The notes under the pieces were generated by a model that saw nothing but the letters and a program-made list of their open reading frames with translations, was not told the origin of the DNA and ran no database searches. The position numbers and the translations under genes are program-made. Positions 26,636-35,118 of a stretch of DNA of 59,688 nucleotides are shown piece after piece. Every line of letters begins with the position of its first letter. Position 1 is the stretch's first letter. The DNA comes from Nitrospinaceae bacterium. GTDB lineage: Bacteria; Nitrospinota; Nitrospinia; Nitrospinales; VA-1. The stretch is from positions 1 through 59,688 of the forward strand of contig JBHHVU010000015.1 of NCBI GenBank assembly GCA_046754465.1, given 5' to 3'.

Positions 26636-29371
26636 ATGCATTCATTGGAAAATCAAGAAAATAAAGACAACGAATACGTCCCCGTAGAAAAGGTTTCATT
26701 CAGTTTCCTGTTCTTCCTGATTTCCGGAGCCGCTTTATTGGTAACGGTTTGGGCGTTTTGGGATGACGAGTTTTCCCGCCGCGGTTTCAAGGAATACCAG
26801 GAGGAATTTTTCAAAACGGAATATGCCCGAGCGGAGGAAAAGTGGAAAAAGGCCAATCAGGAAATCTCTGACAAGGAAAAGGAGATCAAGGAGAGCCTGA
26901 GTCGTGAGGAAGGGCGGCTGGAAAAATCCAAGGAATACCAGAATCTGGTCGCCCGGGTCAATGCCGCCCAAATTGCCTTGGATGATGTCAAGGAGGAAAA
27001 AAAGTTCGCCGGAAGCCGGTTGGATGAAGCGTATTACTATTATAAAAAGGCCATGCACCTGGGTGAAAACTACGATGTCCAACTGGCCAAGGTCAATTCT
27101 ATTGAAGGGGAAATCAAGAACTTTGATCCCATCATCGCGCAAAAACAAAAGGAGCTGGATGACGCCGAAAACGCTTTGCTGGCGTTCAAAATTAAAGAGG
27201 TTAAATTAAAAAAAGAATTGATCACCCTGACCTCGAACCGGGAGCAATTGGAAAGGAAGATGAAATTTTATAAACCTTTCCCATTTTTCTGGAAGCCCTC
27301 TGAAATCAAGCAAACGGTGATCCCAGGTTTTGGGAAAAATGCTTTTTCCGAAATCATATACAGGGTCGACCGGTGCATGACCTGCCACATTTCCTATAAA
27401 GACCCTTATTATAAGGATTTCGAAGAACCTCTCCGGTCCCACCCCAACCTGGACCTTCTGATCAAGAAACACCCGCCGGAAAAAACCGGGTGTACGTGGT
27501 GCCACCTGGGTCAGGGGACAGCCACCGCCCCCCCCGAGGATGCCCACGGTTCGCACCACGAGAATGACCAAACCGCGGAGATCAATGAACCCATCCTCAA
27601 AGGGCACTTCATGGAGTCCAATTGCCGGAACTGCCATGCCGAGGTTGTTGATCTCGAGGGCGCCCCGGTTTTGTCCAAGGGAAAGAAATTGTTTTTGAAA
27701 CTGGGCTGCCATGGTTGTCATCTCGCCGAGGGCTATGGTCATGAAAGTAAAGTGGGACCCCGCCTGGTCCGCATTGCATCGAAGGTGAATCCCAGTTGGC
27801 TGTACCGCTGGGTCAAGGATCCCAAGGCCTATCTGCCCAAGACCCGCATGCCGAATTTCGGGTTCAACGACAAGGACGCTCTCGCTGTTGTGGCGTACCT
27901 GATGTCTTCTTCGCAAAAGGATTACCGGTTGGCCGATAAATTTGAATCGGGCGAACCGGAAAAAGGGAAAAAACTGTTTGAAACCCTGGGCTGTTATGGC
28001 TGTCACGAACTCAATGGGAAAGGTGAGGTGTTCGGTCCGGATTTGAGCCGGATTGCGGGCAAGGTCAATGCCGACTGGTTGGTTACCTGGTTGAGCAATC
28101 CGAAGCATTACAATGAGAAGAGCATCATGCCCGACCTGCGTCTCTCCAAGGAAGAGGCTTCGAACCTCACCGCGTTTCTTTTGCAATTCGGCAAGCCCAA
28201 ACATATCCCTGGAATAGAAAAAAGAATTTTTCATCCCAAACTAATCAAATATGGGGAACGGGTGATACGGCGGCGCGGGTGTTTCGCCTGTCACGACATC
28301 AAGGGGATGGAATCCGAGGGGCGCATCGCCCCGGAACTTTCCTCCTTTGGAAGAAAATTGATCCTGGAACTGGAGTTCGGGGATTCCCATATTCCGCATA
28401 CCTGGGAAGCCTGGGTCAGAACCAAATTGAAGAATCCCAGCGCCTTCAGGACGGAGCGGGTTCTCGATAAAATGCCCAATTTTCAACTGGCCCCCGATGA
28501 AATCGATGCGCTGGTTGTTTTACTGAAAGGATTCAACGGCACAAAGGTCCCGGAAAGATACCGGAAGATTTTGACGGAAAAAGAAAAAATTCTGGAAACC
28601 GGGCGCAGGCTGATAACGAAATACAATTGCCGGGGCTGCCATCATATCGAGGGCGTGGGAGGCCGAATCCAAAAATACATTCCCGCCAGGGCCAACTACC
28701 CGCCTCCCCTTGAAAATGGCCCGTACCACGTGGGGGAACGCATTAAGGCCTCCTGGCTGTTTTCGTTCCTGCAAAATCCCACCCCGGTCCGCACCTGGGT
28801 GAAAGTGCGGATGCCCACTTTCAACCTGACCGACAAGGAAGTCCGGGACCTCACCGCCTATTTTGAAGCCTTGGCGCCCATGGAAATTAAATACGAAGCC
28901 GGCATCAACCTGGAAAAGGAAAATAAAATCATTCAACTCGGATCCGAAATTGTCAATTACATGGATTGCGGCAAGTGTCATGACGACGGCGCCAAGGGCA
29001 TCGATTTTTCCATAGCCAGTGAAAGATTGCGGCAGGACTGGATCCCGCGCTGGTTGGAAAGAACCCGGGAACTGATCCCCTGGACGCGCATGCCCGCCCA
29101 TTGGGATAAAAAAGGAGATAAGTTCGTTGTCAAAAAGAAATTCGAGCTCCTCAAACAGGTGGGTGACCTGGATGATCAGTTAGAAGCCATTAAAGATTTC
29201 ATTGTGGCCTACAACACCGCCGATATCGATTTCGACCGGGTTCTTGGCGAGGAACCCAGCAGTGATCAGAGTGTCTCCCCGGGCGATGAGGAATCCTTGG
29301 AGGGTGAAGAAGAGGGTGCGGAGGACGAAGAGGATATGGGCGGGGATGAGGATGAAGAGTTTTTTGAATAA
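26636..29371 (+). CDS. membrane-anchored octaheme cytochrome c subunit
   Basis: N-terminal TM, long coiled coil, 8 CxxCH (CMTCH, CTWCH, CRNCH, CHGCH, CYGCH, CFACH, CRGCH, CGKCH), repeated MPxF Met-ligand motifs, acidic tail. Confidence 0.93.
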   Translation: MHSLENQENKDNEYVPVEKVSFSFLFFLISGAALLVTVWAFWDDEFSRRGFKEYQEEFFKTEYARAEEKWKKANQEISDKEKEIKESLSREEGRLEKSKEYQNLVARVNAAQIALDDVKEEKKFAGSRLDEAYYYYKKAMHLGENYDVQLAKVNSIEGEIKNFDPIIAQKQKELDDAENALLAFKIKEVKLKKELITLTSNREQLERKMKFYKPFPFFWKPSEIKQTVIPGFGKNAFSEIIYRVDRCMTCHISYKDPYYKDFEEPLRSHPNLDLLIKKHPPEKTGCTWCHLGQGTATAPPEDAHGSHHENDQTAEINEPILKGHFMESNCRNCHAEVVDLEGAPVLSKGKKLFLKLGCHGCHLAEGYGHESKVGPRLVRIASKVNPSWLYRWVKDPKAYLPKTRMPNFGFNDKDALAVVAYLMSSSQKDYRLADKFESGEPEKGKKLFETLGCYGCHELNGKGEVFGPDLSRIAGKVNADWLVTWLSNPKHYNEKSIMPDLRLSKEEASNLTAFLLQFGKPKHIPGIEKRIFHPKLIKYGERVIRRRGCFACHDIKGMESEGRIAPELSSFGRKLILELEFGDSHIPHTWEAWVRTKLKNPSAFRTERVLDKMPNFQLAPDEIDALVVLLKGFNGTKVPERYRKILTEKEKILETGRRLITKYNCRGCHHIEGVGGRIQKYIPARANYPPPLENGPYHVGERIKASWLFSFLQNPTPVRTWVKVRMPTFNLTDKEVRDLTAYFEALAPMEIKYEAGINLEKENKIIQLGSEIVNYMDCGKCHDDGAKGIDFSIASERLRQDWIPRWLERTRELIPWTRMPAHWDKKGDKFVVKKKFELLKQVGDLDDQLEAIKDFIVAYNTADIDFDRVLGEEPSSDQSVSPGDEESLEGEEEGAEDEEDMGGDEDEEFFE

Positions 29372-29475
29372 CTCGAAAGGGGAGAGGGATTGAAAATAAC
29401 AGTGGAAATGGGGGAAATTTAAACGTAAAATTTTTGTAGTCATCAATTTTTAACCTTTTTTATACTAAAATAATC

Positions 29476-29658
29476 ATGGAAAACTCCGGTCTCGAAAATT
29501 TTTTACTGATCGCAACCAAACCGGACAACATTCCCATTGGGACCATGTTGTTTTTCGTGGGATGGGTTTTCTGGATCGCGATTAAGCAGATGGTCGCCCA
29601 CGACCGGCTTATCAAAGAAAACAAGAAAGAAAAAATCTGGGATGAAATGATCAAGTAG
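29476..29658 (+). CDS. small single-TM protein with KPDNIPI motif, candidate Rieske/cytb accessory subunit
   Basis: 60 aa, KPDNIPIGTMLFFVGWVFWIAIKQ; stop overlaps the next start. Confidence 0.65.
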   Translation: MENSGLENFLLIATKPDNIPIGTMLFFVGWVFWIAIKQMVAHDRLIKENKKEKIWDEMIK

Positions 29659-30152
29659 TGGGTATCTTCCTCATTGCATTTGTTTCTTTTTTCATTGGAT
29701 TGATTCTTATTTTCCTGTTAAAAAATACCTCGGGTCCGCCTCCGCGGGAACTGCTTCATTTTGACAAGCCCGAAGATAAACCTCAATATTTGACGGACCC
29801 TGAAGCGTTCCAGGAAAAATGCCTGGAATTTCTGTACAAATTTCACCTCGAACTCAAGCATTCCATCTGGGCCACCGACAGCGAACTGGAAATCATCATG
29901 GACGATGAAACTCCCGTAGTCGGGGGGACCTACCTGGCTCTTTGCATTATCAACCCCCCCAACAATACCGTGAACAGCATCAAGGTGAAGGGATTTCTTG
30001 ACACGGTCAAGGGCGAGGGGGCTTCGCGCGGCATCATTATCACCACGGGCTATTTTTCCCATGAGGCCATCAGTTCCATCGAAGAAGAGCCCGTCGAATT
30101 GGTCAATGTGCTTTCTTTCGTGTCTTATCTGAAAAAATTTGAAATATATTGA
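29658..30152 (+). CDS. membrane-anchored Mrr_cat-like (restriction endonuclease fold) protein, probably inactive
   Basis: N-terminal TM; GASRGIIITTGYFS.EA and VELVN typical of Mrr_cat; QxK position reads LCI. Confidence 0.7.
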   Translation: MGIFLIAFVSFFIGLILIFLLKNTSGPPPRELLHFDKPEDKPQYLTDPEAFQEKCLEFLYKFHLELKHSIWATDSELEIIMDDETPVVGGTYLALCIINPPNNTVNSIKVKGFLDTVKGEGASRGIIITTGYFSHEAISSIEEEPVELVNVLSFVSYLKKFEIY

Positions 30153-30350
30153 CCCCGCCTTCCCGGTTCCGATAATGTGGTGTTTCGAACCTGAAAACCC
30201 CGTCTAGAAATTTTAAAGAATTCCTGTAAAATAGATAAAATACGCGGCAATCCCGGTCTTCCGGGGACCTGCTGTTCCGGGTCTTCCATAAAATCTGGCC
30301 AGGGGGTATCGTTTTCAATCAGGAGCATCCTCCGGACAAAACTCCACTCC

Positions 30351-31238
30351 ATGAAAATCAGCGAAATATTAAACAAGGGTAAGCCGGTTTTTTCTTTTGA
30401 ATTTTTTCCTCCCAAAAATAATGATGGTTTTCTGCAACTCTATCAAACCATCGAAAGTTTCAAACGATGGAATCCGGGGTATGTCTCCGTCACCTATGGC
30501 GCCGGCGGCAGTACCCGTTCGAAAACCATCGAACTGGTGGGACGCATCAAACACCAGATCGGACTGGAAAGCATGGCCCACCTGACCTGCGTGGGACACA
30601 ATGTGGATGAGATTCGGTCCATTCTGGACCGTTTGCGGGAAGAAGGCATCCAGAATGTCCTCGCCCTTCGGGGAGACCCACCTCAAGGGGAAAAAAGTTT
30701 TGTCAAAACCCGAAACGGCTTCGGGTATGGAAATGAATTGGTGGCCTTCATCAAAAAAAATTATTCATTCTGTCTGGGGGTTGCCGGCTACCCGGAAGGA
30801 CATGTCGAGTGCCCCGATAAATCTATCGACTTGCAAAACCTGAAAAGGAAGGTGGAGGCCGGAGCTGATTTTATCGTCACGCAACTGTTTTTCGAGAACC
30901 GGTTTTATTTCGATTTCGTGGAACGGGCTCGGGCGATTGGCATAAGCATTCCCATTATTCCCGGAATCATGCCCATCATTAACGCCAATCAGACAAAGAA
31001 ATTCATCAAAATGTGCGGCGCGACCATTCCCGCTGCATTGATGGCCCGCCTGGACCGGGTTCAGGACGATACGGAGGCCGTCAGGCGGATCGGTATCGAA
31101 CATGCCACGGAGCAATGTGAAGAACTATTGCTGGGAGGGGCTCCTGGAATCCATTTCTACACTCTCAATCGATCCACGGCGACACTTTCCATCCTCGGCA
31201 GGTTAAAGAACCGAGTAAATTTAAGTGAAAATATTTGA
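30351..31238 (+). CDS. metF: methylenetetrahydrofolate reductase
   Basis: SFEFFPPK, VTYGAGGS, HLTCV, LALRGD, AGYPEGH, TQLFF, IHFYTLN. Confidence 0.97.
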   Translation: MKISEILNKGKPVFSFEFFPPKNNDGFLQLYQTIESFKRWNPGYVSVTYGAGGSTRSKTIELVGRIKHQIGLESMAHLTCVGHNVDEIRSILDRLREEGIQNVLALRGDPPQGEKSFVKTRNGFGYGNELVAFIKKNYSFCLGVAGYPEGHVECPDKSIDLQNLKRKVEAGADFIVTQLFFENRFYFDFVERARAIGISIPIIPGIMPIINANQTKKFIKMCGATIPAALMARLDRVQDDTEAVRRIGIEHATEQCEELLLGGAPGIHFYTLNRSTATLSILGRLKNRVNLSENI

Positions 31239-31268
31239 TTCGACTCATAATTCATTCCTTCCATTTTC

Positions 31269-32042
31269 ATGCCGGAAATTCGTAACCTACTATTGATTGC
31301 GTTCCTGGGTTTGGTTACGCTGGCCGCTGGCGGGCGGGAAACGCTCCCTTTGAGAAATATCACCGATGATATGGTGTTTATTCACGCGGGAACCTTTAAA
31401 ATGGGGTGCGATGGTTTTGGTCATCAGCATGGGGCTCCCGCTCATCTGGTTTACCTCGATCCCTACATGATTGATAAATTCGAGGTGACCAACCAGCGGT
31501 ACGAGGAAATCTTTTCCGAGCACAGGTTGCGGCGAAGCCCTTTTTCCCATTGTGATAATTGCCCCGTTTCCAGAATCAGTTGGTACGAGGCGGCGGACTA
31601 TTGCCATTTGATCGGGAAATCGCTTCCCAGCGAGGCGCAATGGGAAAAAGCCGCCAGCAACGGCAATGGATGCGATTTCCCCTGGGGCAGCGAGTTTGAT
31701 CCCAGTCAACCCCAGGCTCGTGGTCATTTGAAGCTGCGTGATAAAAGCGCGCCGGTGGGCAGTTATCCGCCGAATCAATACGGAATTTATGACTTGGCCG
31801 GGAATATGTGGGAATGGGTCAGTGATTGGTTTTCGTTATCCTATTATTTCCAGGACATCATGTACAATCCAAGGGGACCCAGCCGTGGAATCATGAAAGT
31901 CCGCCGCGGCGGGTCTTGGTCCGACAGCGTTAAGGCCATGGCCAGCGGCTACAGGGATTGGAGTTACCCCTTCTCGCGGGGTTTCAATGATATCGGTTTC
32001 CGTTGCGCGATCAATTTGAAAATAAGGGTAAAATCCCCCTGA
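31269..32042 (+). CDS. secreted FGE-sulfatase (SUMF1) domain protein
   Basis: signal peptide; FEVTN, LPSEAQWEKAA, PNQYGIYDLAGNMWEW, RGGSW, GFRCA; lacks the FGE catalytic Cys pair. Confidence 0.9.
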   Translation: MPEIRNLLLIAFLGLVTLAAGGRETLPLRNITDDMVFIHAGTFKMGCDGFGHQHGAPAHLVYLDPYMIDKFEVTNQRYEEIFSEHRLRRSPFSHCDNCPVSRISWYEAADYCHLIGKSLPSEAQWEKAASNGNGCDFPWGSEFDPSQPQARGHLKLRDKSAPVGSYPPNQYGIYDLAGNMWEWVSDWFSLSYYFQDIMYNPRGPSRGIMKVRRGGSWSDSVKAMASGYRDWSYPFSRGFNDIGFRCAINLKIRVKSP

Positions 32043-32043
32043 T

Positions 32044-32778
32044 ATGATAACTGCGGTCAAACGTGAATATATCGGCCGGTTGATTGATGAATGTCTTTCC
32101 GAGGATGGAGACGCCCTGGAACTGAAGGGAAAATTCATGGGCGACGAAGGGGTGGAAGCCCTGGTGCAGTTCAGAAAATTGGAGACGGTCGAAAATCTGG
32201 ACCTGGCCCGAAATAACTTGACTCACAAGGGGGCCAGACACCTGTCCCAATGCGGTCACCTGAAACGGCTTAAGCGTCTTTATATCGGGGATAACGATAT
32301 TGGCGATAAGGGCACCGCTGCATTGATCCAGGCCGATTTTTGTGCGAACCTGGCGCACCTGGACCTGCGTTTCAACAACATCGAACGCGCGGGCGGGCTG
32401 GCGCTCGCGGGATCGGATAAATTTAAAAAACTTCAGGTTTTAATTTTGCAGGAAAATCAGGTCGGCAATGACACCCTCATCACCCTGGCCAAATCCCCTG
32501 CCTTTGCCAATCTCAGAAAACTGAATTTATACCGGACCGGCCTCACGGTCGAGGGCATTAAAGTGCTGGCCAAATCCAAGGTTTTACAACGGCTCAAACA
32601 CCTCAATCTCGCCAGAAACTATTTATACAAGGATGCCGCCAGGGCGCTAGCCCGAACTCAAACCTTGACGAATATTGTAACGCTGCAAATGTTTGATACC
32701 GGGATCGGCGCTGAAGAGGCGAAAATGATCCTGGCTTCCGAATCGTTTTCTAAATTAAAAACGTTCCGGGTGACGTGA
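32044..32778 (+). CDS. leucine-rich repeat protein (ribonuclease-inhibitor-like)
   Basis: about 8 repeats of 27 aa, LxxLxLxxNxIxxxGxxxL. Confidence 0.9.
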   Translation: MITAVKREYIGRLIDECLSEDGDALELKGKFMGDEGVEALVQFRKLETVENLDLARNNLTHKGARHLSQCGHLKRLKRLYIGDNDIGDKGTAALIQADFCANLAHLDLRFNNIERAGGLALAGSDKFKKLQVLILQENQVGNDTLITLAKSPAFANLRKLNLYRTGLTVEGIKVLAKSKVLQRLKHLNLARNYLYKDAARALARTQTLTNIVTLQMFDTGIGAEEAKMILASESFSKLKTFRVT

Positions 32779-32815
32779 AAGATGGCCCGGCCTGCGGCGG
32801 CCGGTTTCATGAAGG

Positions 32816-33883
32816 CTAACCTTTCTTAACGCCGGTGTTCCATTCCCGCCACTGCTCACGAACGATCCGCCGCGCTGTTTTCGAGTCCACCTCCGCCAGG
32901 CGATTTTTTAAGTAATTCAGCTTCAGGATTTTCCCCGCGCGGATTCCGTGCATATTCCCCTTGATAAAAGAATCCCGGTTATCCATCCACAGGGTGACAG
33001 CCACGCGCGTGGCCTCTTTCCGGTTATAGCCCAGGCTCTCCGATATCTTCCACAAGGTATCTCCAGGATGGATGGCGACCGAGTGGGCAATGGGGTCCAT
33101 TCCCTCCCAGGAAGCCAGCCGCACTTTTATTTGACTCGCCAAAGGGAGAGGGGCTTGTTCCATTCCCGGCGATTTCTCTAAGGGACGGTTCGCCAGAATC
33201 AGACGGAGGTCCCGTTCCGAGAGGCGGATATGGTTGTAATGATAAAACACTTTCCGGGAATATTTTTCGGGTTGGTACCCGCGTTTCAAGTATCGCGTTA
33301 CCCGGGTGGGGCCGTGGTTGTAGGCCTCAAGGGCCAGCTCCAAATCCCCGAAACGATTCAGCAGTTTGTTCAGATAATAGGCCCCCATGGCAATATTGAT
33401 TTTCGGCTCGTATAAGGAATTTTTTCCCTTCCAGGCGGTTTTCATCTCGGAAGCCAGGGCGCGGCCGGTGCGCGGGCGGATCTGCATCAGGCCCAGGGCG
33501 TCTCGCACCGAACGGGCTCGGTTATAAAAAGAACTCTCGGTGATTATCACCGCTGTAAGGAAAAGGGGATCGTACCCGTATTTTTGGCTCTGTTCAAAAA
33601 TGATCCGCGGAATTTGCCCCTCCCGCTCCTTTTCCAGTCCGGTGTGGTATTTGGTCAGGACTTGTGTGATTCTCGCCTTGACCATTTTCTGGTAGAGCGA
33701 TTCATGGATTTTGGGGATATCTTTAATCTGCGGTGAAGATTTTTGCTCGATTTTTTTGACAGGCCTGGTGGGGACCGGCAGAGGTTTCGTGGATTCTGCT
33801 TCCAGACTGACCCATGAGGCGCCTGAAGCGGCCATGGAAAAGATCAGGCTGATCCAAAGGGACTTCATTCTGTATAAGAGCAT
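32816..33883 (-). CDS. lytic transglycosylase (SLT) fused to a LysM/FimV-core-like domain
   Basis: AVIITESSF, ALGLMQI, ALEAYNHGP; C-terminal PGDTLWKI...NRDSFIKGNMHGIRAGKILKL...EQWREW. Confidence 0.85.
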   Translation of the reverse strand: MLLYRMKSLWISLIFSMAASGASWVSLEAESTKPLPVPTRPVKKIEQKSSPQIKDIPKIHESLYQKMVKARITQVLTKYHTGLEKEREGQIPRIIFEQSQKYGYDPLFLTAVIITESSFYNRARSVRDALGLMQIRPRTGRALASEMKTAWKGKNSLYEPKINIAMGAYYLNKLLNRFGDLELALEAYNHGPTRVTRYLKRGYQPEKYSRKVFYHYNHIRLSERDLRLILANRPLEKSPGMEQAPLPLASQIKVRLASWEGMDPIAHSVAIHPGDTLWKISESLGYNRKEATRVAVTLWMDNRDSFIKGNMHGIRAGKILKLNYLKNRLAEVDSKTARRIVREQWREWNTGVKKG

Positions 33884-34113
33884 GTTTCCCTCATCCGAAT
33901 TGTTGATCAAAGTTTTCAACAAATATCGTATTTAGGATATGAAATTTTTTTTACAGGAGGATTAAGGTGGGGTCACAACTTTGCCACAAACCGGAAAGCG
34001 AAAATGGCGGGGGAAAAATGAGGTGTAAGCTTTTGAAAAACCCCTTGTTAATTTTACCGGAGGGGATGGGGAGAGGGACGGGATCCGGTGGAATCATGGG
34101 GATTTCGCGAAAA

Positions 34114-34800
34114 TCAGGCGTACCGGTCATTGAGCCAGGGTTCCCCGGTGTTGGAGTAACCCCGTTTTTCCCAAAACCCCAGTTCGTCGTGCTCGCGAAA
34201 AATAATTTCTCCGATCCATTTCGCCCCTTTCCAGGCATAAAGTTGAGGGGTGATCATGCGGACCGGTCCGCCGTGTTCCCTGGCGAGGGGTTTTCCTTCC
34301 CACCGGTGAACCAGGAGAACGTCGTATTTCATCGCCTCCTCCAGGGGAAGGTTGGTGGAATAACCGTCAAACGCCTTGACGTACACGAATTTTGCGCTAG
34401 GAAGAACTTCGCAGTGGTTGGCGATATCCTTGAACCGGACTCCGACCCAGTGATTGTCCAGGCGGCTCCAGGAGGTCACGCAATGGAAGTCGGAGACATC
34501 CTCCACCTGGGGAAAAGCCAGGAATTCCCCCCACGTGAACGTTTGGGTGCGTTTTACCAGTCCCGACAGGGTCAGGTTCCAGGTTTCCGGGAATAATTCG
34601 GGTTGGACTCCCAGGTCCAGGACCGGCCAGTTCTTGGTGACCCTTTGCCCGGGAGGGATTTTGGGATTGCCGTCCCGGTTCAGTTCACCTTCACCCATGG
34701 GCAATTCACCCTCCCATTTCCGATTGTTCCGCAGAGTTTTCCTGTACTCGATGAGCCTTTCCCGGCCCTTGATTCTTTTGGAGTTCGGATCGTATTGCAT
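34114..34800 (-). CDS. sulfite oxidase-family molybdopterin oxidoreductase (MsrP/YuiH-like), no export signal
   Basis: IPPGQ..T..WPVL, DFHCVTSWS (Mo-ligand Cys), EHGGPVR, YAWKGAKW, GFWEKRGYS. Confidence 0.9.
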   Translation of the reverse strand: MQYDPNSKRIKGRERLIEYRKTLRNNRKWEGELPMGEGELNRDGNPKIPPGQRVTKNWPVLDLGVQPELFPETWNLTLSGLVKRTQTFTWGEFLAFPQVEDVSDFHCVTSWSRLDNHWVGVRFKDIANHCEVLPSAKFVYVKAFDGYSTNLPLEEAMKYDVLLVHRWEGKPLAREHGGPVRMITPQLYAWKGAKWIGEIIFREHDELGFWEKRGYSNTGEPWLNDRYA

Positions 34801-35118
34801 ATTATCCCGTGGACTGTTCAAGGAATGTAATTCCAGTTATTGAATTGAAAGGGATCGGGTTTGCGAGGCGGGTACGGTGGACCGCGTTGCTGTCTTGTTC
34901 ACCGGTTTCTAACCCCTGGTCCCGTGTTTAGACATTGGATGTTACAAAAGCCAAATGGTCACAGCAAATTAAAAATCCTTCGAAATTCTCCCGCTGGAGG
35001 GAAATCCAGGGTCTCGGCCAGATTCCTGATACTTAACCATTAAAGTGATTCTTCCGGAAAACCGAAAAGAATAAATAGAACCCTATGAAGGTTTCCTGCC
35101 ATTGTTCCGTCCATCGCC

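Noticed and set aside
27206..28234. 342-aa antisense ORF
   Set aside because: Shadow of the octaheme cytochrome gene with no recognisable motifs.
29658..30152. Active type IV restriction or defence system
   Set aside because: The catalytic motif is degenerate and there is no defence-gene context.
30153..30350. SAM or SAH riboswitch upstream of metF
   Set aside because: I could not find the conserved SAM-I or SAH core sequences by eye; an Rfam scan would be decisive.
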